From positions 69,055 to 133,054 of the forward strand of contig JALHFY010000002.1 of assembly GCA_022837635.1 (NCBI GenBank): 64,000 nt of DNA, read 5' to 3'. How positions within the stretch are numbered: the first letter of the stretch is position 1; each line of letters begins with the position of its first letter. The notes below the pieces were generated by a model that was given only the letters and a program-made list of their open reading frames with translations, was not told where the DNA came from and made no database searches. Shown here piece by piece: positions 8,737 to 16,368 of this stretch. A program made the position numbers and the translations under genes. This stretch comes from Candidatus Shapirobacteria bacterium. Lineage in GTDB: Bacteria; Patescibacteriota; Microgenomatia; UBA12405.

Positions 8737-9225
8737 ATGAAAACTGAACAAGCAATTTCTTTAATTAAACCAATAGGAATGGCTATGAATTTAGGAGAGA
8801 TGGTTACAGATTATTTAGCAAAAAACCAAATATTAACAATTAAACATATCTTAATTGGAGGGTTTTCTGAAGAAAATGTGATAGAAATATATAGAAATGA
8901 TTTTGATAAACTGAGTCAAATATCAATTTTATATCCAAGTGCAGTCATAAAAACAATGACTTCTGAGCCAGTAGAGGTAATTGTAGCTGAAGGGAAAAAT
9001 GCTAAACATTTATTAAGAGAAACAATAGGTTCTGTTCAAGACCCGGCGGATACAATTAGGTGGAATTTTGTGCAACGAATTCGTAATGATAAAGAATTAA
9101 CAAATAAAATAATACAACAAACAGGGCTTCCATTAGATAGAGCTGTTTTAATTGCCAATGGAATACATGGGACCAGGGATTTGGCAGAATTAAGTGTAAT
9201 GCAGAAATTAATCGCTAATTTGTAA
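8737..9225 (+). CDS. ndk: Nucleoside diphosphate kinase
   Basis: IKP...; NGIHGT (catalytic His loop); size 162 aa. Confidence 0.65.
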   Translation: MKTEQAISLIKPIGMAMNLGEMVTDYLAKNQILTIKHILIGGFSEENVIEIYRNDFDKLSQISILYPSAVIKTMTSEPVEVIVAEGKNAKHLLRETIGSVQDPADTIRWNFVQRIRNDKELTNKIIQQTGLPLDRAVLIANGIHGTRDLAELSVMQKLIANL

Positions 9226-9231
9226 AAAGGT

Positions 9232-10080
9232 TTAAGTAAAAATATTTTGGAGATATATTCGTGACATAAAAATATTGACTGGCGTTTGTTTAATACTGTT
9301 GATTAAAAAAGGATTTAGCTTATTTTGTTTTATTGTTTCTTTAATGAATGGGATTTGCTCTTTAATTTCTTGATCTGTGTTAGCTCTAATTCTAATGTTG
9401 TTTTTAGCTAAAGAATCACCAAGGTACATAATACCTATCTCTAGTTTATAGTCAGGATGATTTTCATGTATTTCTACTAAGTCTGCTCTAGTAGAAGGAC
9501 GTCGAACAAAATCTATAGTAAAGTCATGTTGAGTTTCCTTAGCTTTATCTCGAAGTTTTCCAAGTGTGTAATGAAAATTAACACAGTTAGCCACATAATC
9601 GATTTGTCGATCACTAAAACCATACCTCGATATTAAGAGATTGTGTTGATTACGGACAATTTGACTAGATAACAATTCATGATCTTTGAATGAAAAACTA
9701 GTTCTTGGTTCAGAATTTCGTATTTGTCTACAAGCAAACTTACCTATATCATGAAAAACGATGGCAGCTTGAAGTAGAGTGTGTTTAGTAACACCATCAA
9801 TTTGAACAGACAACTCTTTGTTTACAAAATTGTCAATGTTCCATTCTCTTAAAAACACTGGTAGCTCTGTTTGGATTGCTCTAGTGAACATTCTACTGTG
9901 AGTGATAATTCCCCACTGGTGCCATTTAGGTGAATGAGCGTCCACAGAATCTGGGTTATTGAGAAAATACCTATTAAGAGGATTCGAGAGATTAAGGTAG
10001 TTACTAATGAGTGTTCTGGCAAAAATTGGTAGTTGTTGATCAAGTGAATGGATTGATTTTTCTATATTTGTTTGTGACAT
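9232..10080 (-). CDS. HD-domain phosphohydrolase
   Basis: H...HD (IVFHDIGKF)...H...H...D pattern. Confidence 0.5.
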   Translation of the reverse strand: MSQTNIEKSIHSLDQQLPIFARTLISNYLNLSNPLNRYFLNNPDSVDAHSPKWHQWGIITHSRMFTRAIQTELPVFLREWNIDNFVNKELSVQIDGVTKHTLLQAAIVFHDIGKFACRQIRNSEPRTSFSFKDHELLSSQIVRNQHNLLISRYGFSDRQIDYVANCVNFHYTLGKLRDKAKETQHDFTIDFVRRPSTRADLVEIHENHPDYKLEIGIMYLGDSLAKNNIRIRANTDQEIKEQIPFIKETIKQNKLNPFLINSIKQTPVNIFMSRIYLQNIFT

Positions 10081-10110
10081 GGTGCAAAAATGAATTGAAA
10101 CAATGTTTGT

Positions 10111-10119
10111 GGGGGGGGG
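10111..10119. repeat. Homopolymeric G9 tract in divergent promoter region
   Basis: ggggggggg in an otherwise AT-rich intergenic region, 31 bp upstream of the HD gene start. Confidence 0.9.
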
Positions 10120-10178
10120 AAGGTCAGAGTTTTTCTTACCGCTCTATTTTATCAAATTTTTATATTTAATAAACCTAT

Positions 10179-10445
10179 GTGAATAAGAGAAAAGAGATTT
10201 CAATTCCTATTTTAGAATCAACAGAAAAATACATTGAATTTTTATTATTAATTGGAATGAATCGACGTGATTCTAAATCAAAAATTCGTCATGTTTTCAA
10301 AGTGGGTGAACTGGATGTAACTGTGAATGAATGGGATGTAGAGGAACTTGGAGATAGATTAGAAATTGAAGGTGAGGATAAATCTAAAGTGAAAGAGTTG
10401 GCATCTAAACTGAGTCAATATTGTGAACCAACACCATTAAAATAG
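10179..10445 (+). CDS. Hypothetical protein
   Basis: ORF only; 88 aa, acidic. Confidence 0.3.
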   Translation: MNKRKEISIPILESTEKYIEFLLLIGMNRRDSKSKIRHVFKVGELDVTVNEWDVEELGDRLEIEGEDKSKVKELASKLSQYCEPTPLK

Positions 10446-10476
10446 ACTTCGTACTGGGAAAGTTTTTTTTGCTAAT

Positions 10477-11442
10477 TTATAAACACATAGTGCCGTCGTC
10501 AGAGGAGCTTGATTTTTCATTTGTGTCATCAATCCCCGGTATGGGTTCATAATCTTCCATAGGCTTGGCAGGTTTAGGCTGGACATATTTGACTTCCTTG
10601 TTCATTGGAATCTCGGCGTTGGGCAAAGTAACAATTTCCTGATTTTGAAGCCAATTATCAAAATTATTCCACACAATTTTGTCGGAAGTTAAGGCCTTTT
10701 CATACTCTATCCACCATTCAAGTCGAGTACCACCTAAATAGGCATGGGAAACTAAAATCATATTAGTGGGTTTTTTGGCAATACTCTCATCAAGTATTTG
10801 CCCAAATTCTACGGCATCGGCGCCTCTGGACCATAGACTATAATCGCAAAGCGACCCTCTGCCCATGGGTTCACCGACATCCACATTGGTGACTGAAATT
10901 ACCCGTACCTTATATTCTTTTGGTTGATAAACAGTGGCCTCTACATCATTCACTCCACGACCTAAAATATATTCAATCCCTAGGGCGTCAGCTGCTTTGA
11001 GAGTGGTTTCATCATAAGCAAAATAGCGACTACCAAAGACTCGCATTTTTTTGCCGGTAATTTTTTCCACCAAGTCTTTGGATTCTTTCAAATATTTATA
11101 TTGCTCGTCATAAGACATATCCCAAAAAGGGGCTTTGTCGTAACCTCCGGCGATTTCGTAACCTTTGTCGGCCAATCTTTTGAAAACTGTGGGGTATTCT
11201 TCTAAAACATTATCTTGTACCTTAACTAAGGCGGTTAGTCCCCTGCTGTCCAACTCTTTTTCCCATTGTTCAATACCTTCAATTCTTTCAAATTCGATTA
11301 ACATGAGCATGGTGTTGATTCGCGAGGCGAAGATTGGGTTTGATTTCGAAGATTTAGAAATCAAAAATATTACCGAAATGGCGATGATGAGAAATGATCC
11401 CAATATTAACCAAGATATTTTATTGTTTTGATTTTTTTTCAT
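10477..11442 (-). CDS. Membrane-anchored hypothetical protein
   Basis: N-terminal TM helix (ISWLILGSFLIIAISVIFLI), 321 aa. Confidence 0.4.
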   Translation of the reverse strand: MKKNQNNKISWLILGSFLIIAISVIFLISKSSKSNPIFASRINTMLMLIEFERIEGIEQWEKELDSRGLTALVKVQDNVLEEYPTVFKRLADKGYEIAGGYDKAPFWDMSYDEQYKYLKESKDLVEKITGKKMRVFGSRYFAYDETTLKAADALGIEYILGRGVNDVEATVYQPKEYKVRVISVTNVDVGEPMGRGSLCDYSLWSRGADAVEFGQILDESIAKKPTNMILVSHAYLGGTRLEWWIEYEKALTSDKIVWNNFDNWLQNQEIVTLPNAEIPMNKEVKYVQPKPAKPMEDYEPIPGIDDTNEKSSSSDDGTMCL

Positions 11443-11722
11443 GGTCTTTTTGATTAATTTTTATAGCCTTACCTTTAATTATAGCAATGGCTAGTTTTTT
11501 GTAGGCTTTATCCAAAATCCGGCCAAAAGTAGGTTGTGAAACATTCATGTTTTTGGCAGCAGTAACCTGATCCAATTCGTCGACATCATGTAGCTTCAAA
11601 GCCTCCAGTTCATCTGGGAACAATTCAACTTCTTCAAGCATAAATAAAGGTACGCCTTGTGGCTTGAAATAAAGCACCTGTGGCTTAAATCTTAAGCGCC
11701 TGGGGTTCTTTGGTCTGGGCAT
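11420..11722 (-). CDS. DUF134-family predicted DNA-binding protein
   Basis: MPRPKNPRRLRFKPQVLYFKPQGVP... followed by an HTH-like segment; pattern typical of DUF134/UPF0251. Confidence 0.5.
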   Translation of the reverse strand: MPRPKNPRRLRFKPQVLYFKPQGVPLFMLEEVELFPDELEALKLHDVDELDQVTAAKNMNVSQPTFGRILDKAYKKLAIAIIKGKAIKINQKDHEKKSKQ

Positions 11723-11733
11723 AGTTGATATGA

Positions 11734-11895
11734 CTACTTTTCTTGATTTTGAGATCGATTTTGACCTGAAAAGCGACGACCTCGACGACCCATACCTAAA
11801 CCTTTACCTGTACCCTTGCCACTACCGCAAGGACCAAGGCCTCGACCTGTAGCCGAACCTTGACCGGTAGGACCTGTTCCATCTCTATTTGGCAT
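11734..11895 (-). CDS. Small Gly-rich protein, DUF5320-like (missed by the >=60 aa ORF track)
   Basis: Manual translation gives MPNRDGTGPTGQGSATGRGLGPCGSGKGTGKGLGMGRRGRRFSGQNRSQNQEK*; the MP(R/G)xDGTGPxGxGPxTGRGxGxC pattern is classically paired with DUF134. Confidence 0.5.
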   Translation of the reverse strand: MPNRDGTGPTGQGSATGRGLGPCGSGKGTGKGLGMGRRGRRFSGQNRSQNQEK

Positions 11896-11975
11896 ATTGC
11901 CTCCTGATTGAATAAATTAATAATGAATATATATTCATTATATATGATGGATAAGGTTTGTCAAGATTGAGGGTG

Positions 11976-12060
11976 CGGAAGAGGGGGGAGTCGAACCCCC
12001 ATGCCCCTTGCGGGACGCGGGTTTAGCAAACCCGGGCCTTACCATTCGGCACACCCTTCC
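11976..12060 (-). tRNA. tRNA-Ser (anticodon GCU), type II with long variable arm
   Basis: Hand-folded. Acceptor GGAAGGG/CTCTTCC; anticodon stem CGGGT/ACCCG with loop TTGCTAA; T-arm GGGGGTTCGACTCCCCC; discriminator G. Confidence 0.8.
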
Positions 12061-12095
12061 TTTGGGTACCTGCTATTTTAGCATTTAAGGTCAAA

Positions 12096-12644
12096 ATGCT
12101 TTATGATATTTTTATGGCTGAAAAGAAACCGATACCGGTCGAAGTAGTTGACCTAAATGAAGAGAAGGTTTTGTTTGAATGGACGGCAGTCGAAAGAGCT
12201 TACCAGAAAAGAAATAAGGACTTCTGGGTAACGGCTATTGCTATTTTGGTTTTAGTTTCGGTAATTTTGATTTTTTTAAAAGAATTCTTTTTGGTAATGG
12301 CCTTAGTTTCGGTGCTTTTTTTGTATTATGCACTTTCGTCGGTGCCACCGGGAGAGGTTGACAACAAGATTACAAACCGAGGAGTTTACTTTGGGGAATT
12401 ACATTACTCGTGGGATGTTTTGGAAAAATTTTGGTTTAAGAAAAGCTTGTCGACAACGACTGTTAATTTTGGGACATTGTTGAAATTTCCTAGAATGGTG
12501 GCGATGGTAATTGACGAGAAAGATGAAGGTAAAATTAAGGAGATTGTGGTTAAAAGGATTCCCCTCTTGGAAAACTCACCAACCTTTGTGGATAAGTTAA
12601 CCAAATGGTTTGCCGACAGATTGCCGCTAGAAGACCGTAAATAA
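12096..12644 (+). CDS. Hypothetical membrane protein
   Basis: Two predicted TM helices (VTAIAILVLVSVILIFL / LVMALVSVLFLYYAL). Confidence 0.45.
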   Translation: MLYDIFMAEKKPIPVEVVDLNEEKVLFEWTAVERAYQKRNKDFWVTAIAILVLVSVILIFLKEFFLVMALVSVLFLYYALSSVPPGEVDNKITNRGVYFGELHYSWDVLEKFWFKKSLSTTTVNFGTLLKFPRMVAMVIDEKDEGKIKEIVVKRIPLLENSPTFVDKLTKWFADRLPLEDRK

Positions 12645-12665
12645 GGTATAATTGCATGTTATTGA

Positions 12666-12737
12666 GCGCCCATAGTTTAATGGATAGAATAGCGGTTTGC
12701 GGAACCGTTGATCCAGGTTCAATTCCTGGTGGGCGCA
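12666..12737 (+). tRNA. tRNA-Arg (anticodon GCG)
   Basis: GCGCCCATAGTTTAATGGATAGAAT start typical of tRNA-Arg; anticodon stem GCGGT/ACCGT with loop TTGCGGA; T-arm CCAGGTTCAATTCCTGG. Confidence 0.7.
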
Positions 12738-12745
12738 CTTTCCTG

Positions 12746-12829
12746 GGAGGGTTGGCCGAGTGGTTTATGGCGCTCGCCTCGAAAGCGAGTGGGTGCAAAT
12801 CCGCAGAGGTTCGAATCCTCTACCCTCCG
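12746..12829 (+). tRNA. tRNA-Ser (anticodon CGA), type II
   Basis: Acceptor GGAGGGT/ACCCTCC; anticodon stem CTCGC/GCGAG with loop CTCGAAA; long variable arm; T-arm AGAGGTTCGAATCCTCT. Confidence 0.8.
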
Positions 12830-12905
12830 CAATTAAAGAAAAAAAGGGGGTTTTGGTATCATATTGATTGTAGCTAAAATATATTGAAGACTTAATGGGA
12901 TAAAT

Positions 12906-13859
12906 ATGGAAATAAAATCTAAAGGTAGAGCACCAAGAAACAGGACAATCACAATAGATAATAACGAAATTTCTCGATTAAAAAGGAAACTCATCAAAAT
13001 TAATAATCCTGTTTCTGTTTCGGATATTGAAAACAAAACAATTAATCAAGATGTTTTTCAAGTTTTAGATTTATTGCCGGATAAATTTGTTGATTTAGTT
13101 TTTGTTGACCCTCCATATAATTTAAGCAAAACTTTTAACCTTAGAAGTTTTAAGGCAATGGAATCTGAAAAATATGAAGAATGGTTGGATTCTTGGGTTG
13201 AAAAGATAATTCGTTTATTAAAACCTCATGCCTCGGTTTATATCTGTGGAGACTGGAAATCATCTGGTGCAATTTTTAATGTAACTAAAAAATATTTTCA
13301 AATTCAAAACAGAATTACTTTTGAAAGAGAAAAAGGGCGGGGGGCAAAATCTAATTGGAAAAATTGTTCAGAAGATATTTGGTTTTGCACTCTGTCTGAT
13401 AAATATAATTTTGATGTTGAAGCAGTAAAAATGAAAAGAAAGGTTATCGCTCCTTATAAAGACGAAAATGGAAATCCCAAGGATTGGGAGAAAACAAAGG
13501 AAGGAAACTATCGAATAACCTATCCTTCTAATATTTGGACAGATATAACAATTCCATTTTGGTCAATGCCAGAGAATACAGATCACCCCACACAAAAACC
13601 GGAAAAATTAGTTGCAAAGATTATCTTGGCCAGCTCAAAACCGAATGATATAGTTTTTGATCCCTTTCTCGGCTCCGGAACGACATCTGTGGTTGCTAAA
13701 AAATTAGGTCGAAGATATGTTGGAATTGATATAGACGAATTATATTGCTGTTTAGCAGAGAAACGACTGGAAATGGCAGAAAAGGATAAAACAATTCAGG
13801 GTTATTCTGATGGTATCTTTTGGGAAAGGAACACATTAAGCGAGCAAAAAAAATTATAA
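12906..13859 (+). CDS. DNA methyltransferase (N6-adenine/N4-cytosine, beta-class; DPPY precedes FxGxG)
   Basis: VFVDPPYNL (motif IV), then FDPFLGSGTT (motif I). Confidence 0.85.
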   Translation: MEIKSKGRAPRNRTITIDNNEISRLKRKLIKINNPVSVSDIENKTINQDVFQVLDLLPDKFVDLVFVDPPYNLSKTFNLRSFKAMESEKYEEWLDSWVEKIIRLLKPHASVYICGDWKSSGAIFNVTKKYFQIQNRITFEREKGRGAKSNWKNCSEDIWFCTLSDKYNFDVEAVKMKRKVIAPYKDENGNPKDWEKTKEGNYRITYPSNIWTDITIPFWSMPENTDHPTQKPEKLVAKIILASSKPNDIVFDPFLGSGTTSVVAKKLGRRYVGIDIDELYCCLAEKRLEMAEKDKTIQGYSDGIFWERNTLSEQKKL

Positions 13860-13861
13860 CT

Positions 13862-14521
13862 ATGAAAAGTCAAATATTTTATACAGATGAATATAAAAAA
13901 ATAGAAAAGAAAATCCAGAATTTTCTTAATTCTCAGACTGATTTCTTGTCACCCCGAACGATTAATAGTCCTCGTGCTGTTGGTGACGCGATACAAGATT
14001 TGTTGGCGGAGAATTTTGATGAGATTTTGGGCGATTTAAGTTTAAATTATTCTTCGGATTTTGCTCGTAGGGCAATGGCAGATTTGGCTTTTAATGATAA
14101 GGATGGAAATTATTATGTTGTTGATGTAAAAACGCATAGGTTAGATTCAAGTTTTAATATGCCAAACCTTACTTCTGTGGAAAGATTGGCAAGGTTTTAT
14201 GAAGATGATAAAAATTATTTTGTAGTACTAAAAACTGATTACAAGGTTCAGAAAACTAAAATAGTTATAGACAAAGTGAATTTCGTTCCTATTGAATTTT
14301 TAGATTGGGATTGTTTAACACTAGATGCTCTTGGGTGGGGGCAAATACAGATAGCTAATTCAAATAATGTTAGTGTGATTGCAAATAACAGCAGAAAAAA
14401 ATGGATGCTTGAATTATGTGATTCTCTTTTTGAATTTTATCCGAGAGAGATTGAAAAGATAAATGAAAGGATTTCTTATTTTGATCGTGTTAGAAAGTAC
14501 TGGAGAAATAAAAAAAACTAA
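13862..14521 (+). CDS. Candidate type II restriction endonuclease (PD-(D/E)xK)
   Basis: Immediately downstream of the MTase; DLAFNDKDGNYYVVDVKTH contains a D...(D/E)VK arrangement. Start taken at internal Met (MKSQIF) to avoid overlap. Confidence 0.4.
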   Translation: MKSQIFYTDEYKKIEKKIQNFLNSQTDFLSPRTINSPRAVGDAIQDLLAENFDEILGDLSLNYSSDFARRAMADLAFNDKDGNYYVVDVKTHRLDSSFNMPNLTSVERLARFYEDDKNYFVVLKTDYKVQKTKIVIDKVNFVPIEFLDWDCLTLDALGWGQIQIANSNNVSVIANNSRKKWMLELCDSLFEFYPREIEKINERISYFDRVRKYWRNKKN

Positions 14522-14560
14522 AAAATTTGCCACTAAACCAAATGGAAGGTTGAAGTTTCT

Positions 14561-15142
14561 CTAAAAAGAAGTTTTGAGTATTTTCTCGATGAGTTGACGC
14601 GAATAGAGACAATGGATATTTTGATTTTCCCAGTCGATGGCTGCTTTGTATTCACCGGGATTATAAGGGAAAATATTGAGGTCGTGGGCAAGCATGTTGA
14701 CATCACCGCCATTAGAACTCTCGATTTCAAAAACAGCATAATCAAGATTATATTTGGAGAGTTTGACTTCAAATTCACGATAAATATATTCCCAACTTTC
14801 CCAAAAATAAATCATGCCACTGTTGTAACCTAAGCTTTCTAAGAAATCTAAGGCGGATAAAAATTGTCCCGGTTGGAGTTTGATTTCAATTTCAGTGCGC
14901 TCTAGATTAGAAGGATTGCCTGTTTTTAGAGTTATTTTTTCTTCATCATCACTTTTTTTAAGACGGATATCAGTGCCACTGGGTTGAGGCCAGGAACGAG
15001 TGGCTGGATCAAAACCGGGTGAAAGGTCAACAGAGAGGCGGCGATAGTGATCTTTAAGCTCGGCAGTTTTTTCGAAGAGAAAAAAGAGTTTGTCTAAACG
15101 CTCTCGGTCTAAACGACCGCGAATTTCAACTTCTTGAGGCAT
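14561..15142 (-). CDS. CYTH-like (triphosphate-tunnel) domain protein
   Basis: N-terminal EVEIRGRL (ExExK/R) and C-terminal acidic strands EFEV / FEIES; 193 aa. Confidence 0.4.
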   Translation of the reverse strand: MPQEVEIRGRLDRERLDKLFFLFEKTAELKDHYRRLSVDLSPGFDPATRSWPQPSGTDIRLKKSDDEEKITLKTGNPSNLERTEIEIKLQPGQFLSALDFLESLGYNSGMIYFWESWEYIYREFEVKLSKYNLDYAVFEIESSNGGDVNMLAHDLNIFPYNPGEYKAAIDWENQNIHCLYSRQLIEKILKTSF

Positions 15143-15154
15143 ACTTTATTATAA

Positions 15155-15451
15155 TTATACTGAAGGTTTTGAAGAGGCTTTTTTTTGAAAAAAATAGAAG
15201 ACAGAAACTAATAATGAGAGTCCGGAAGCGATCAGAAAAAAAATCATGATTTTTTGAAAATAAGGACGGGTAGTCTCAAACCAAGGTAGACAATTAGGAC
15301 TAGGAATGGTGGCACAGGTCCAGTCAAATTCAGCCTTGGTTTGGGGAGAAATTTTGACGTAGGCGAGAAGTGCAGCAAATAGGAATAAGAAAAAAAGACC
15401 GAGACTGCCAAGGAAATAATCCTGATGACTAAAATTTAATTTAGCTTTCAT
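15155..15451 (-). CDS. Small two-TM membrane protein
   Basis: 98 aa; TM1 LGLFFLFLFAALLAYV and TM2 IMIFFLIASGLSLLVSVFYFF. Confidence 0.4.
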   Translation of the reverse strand: MKAKLNFSHQDYFLGSLGLFFLFLFAALLAYVKISPQTKAEFDWTCATIPSPNCLPWFETTRPYFQKIMIFFLIASGLSLLVSVFYFFQKKASSKPSV

Positions 15452-15459
15452 AGGAATGA

Positions 15460-16347
15460 TTATAGCTTACGTGGGGGTGCTTTAAAGCTGGGTTTTTGGG
15501 CCCAAGCTTCCATTTCGCCAGTATATAGACTAAAAGCCGTGTCTTTCAAGTTAATTTTTCTAACCAGTTTAAGTAAAAAGCCAAAAATGGTGGGTGAATA
15601 ATACAGACAACGATTAAGGATATATTCGAGAGACATAACATGATAAGTAGGATAAATTTGAATATTTGAAAATCCGGTTTTTTCTAGAGTTTTTTTTAAG
15701 TTTGATTTTGAAAAATAGGAAACATGTTCTCCTGGTTTATAGTGATACCAGCCAGAACGAAGAAATTTATGCCAATAACCACCAATGTCAGGGGTAACTA
15801 AATATAACCACCCGTTTGGTTTTAAAATGTGGTTAACCAACTTTAAATGTGAAACTGGGTCGGTAATATGTTCCAAAACATCCTGAGAGGTAATGATATT
15901 AAAAGCATTGTTTTTGAAAGAGTTTTTGTTGAGAACACCATTGGTGATTTTTAAACCGCGCTGACGGGCGAAGTTGGTAGCATAAACCGATGGTTCTATG
16001 CCGTAAACATTGGTCCATTTCAACTTTTTGGCTTCGATTAGACAATCTCCGAGAGCAGAACCGATATCTAGGTAATCTGACTTAAATCCGGTTTTACGAA
16101 AAATTTTTTTGAGACGGTCAGTAAAAGTACGGCGATTGATGCGCATACCTTCGAAATAATTAGCATAGCCACCTTTAGGGTTATCGTTAATATAATAATT
16201 TTTTTCGTATTGAGAAAGAATGTTGTCTTGAGGAAAGAGGTCCCAGATAAAAGAACAATTGGAGCATTTGGCCAAGCGATATCCTTTGAGGGCCCAATAT
16301 TTGGTATTTTTGGAGGAGTCGCAAAGAGGGCAAGTAGTTTTTTTCAT
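15460..16347 (-). CDS. Class I SAM-dependent methyltransferase with N-terminal zinc ribbon
   Basis: CPLC...CSNC ribbon; motif I DIGSALGDCL; NGWLYLVTPD. Confidence 0.7.
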   Translation of the reverse strand: MKKTTCPLCDSSKNTKYWALKGYRLAKCSNCSFIWDLFPQDNILSQYEKNYYINDNPKGGYANYFEGMRINRRTFTDRLKKIFRKTGFKSDYLDIGSALGDCLIEAKKLKWTNVYGIEPSVYATNFARQRGLKITNGVLNKNSFKNNAFNIITSQDVLEHITDPVSHLKLVNHILKPNGWLYLVTPDIGGYWHKFLRSGWYHYKPGEHVSYFSKSNLKKTLEKTGFSNIQIYPTYHVMSLEYILNRCLYYSPTIFGFLLKLVRKINLKDTAFSLYTGEMEAWAQKPSFKAPPRKL

Positions 16348-16368
16348 TTATGGTTTACAATAGCTTTA

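Noticed and set aside
12550-12877. ORFs 12550-12798 (-) and 12656-12877 (+) from the six-frame track
   Set aside because: They overlap the tRNA-Arg and tRNA-Ser genes and have no coding features; they are spurious.
16210-16368. ATG at 16210 as the start of the GT-C glycosyltransferase
   Set aside because: It would overlap the divergently transcribed methyltransferase gene by 138 bp. An in-frame GTG at 16369 just past that gene's start is more plausible. This remains uncertain.
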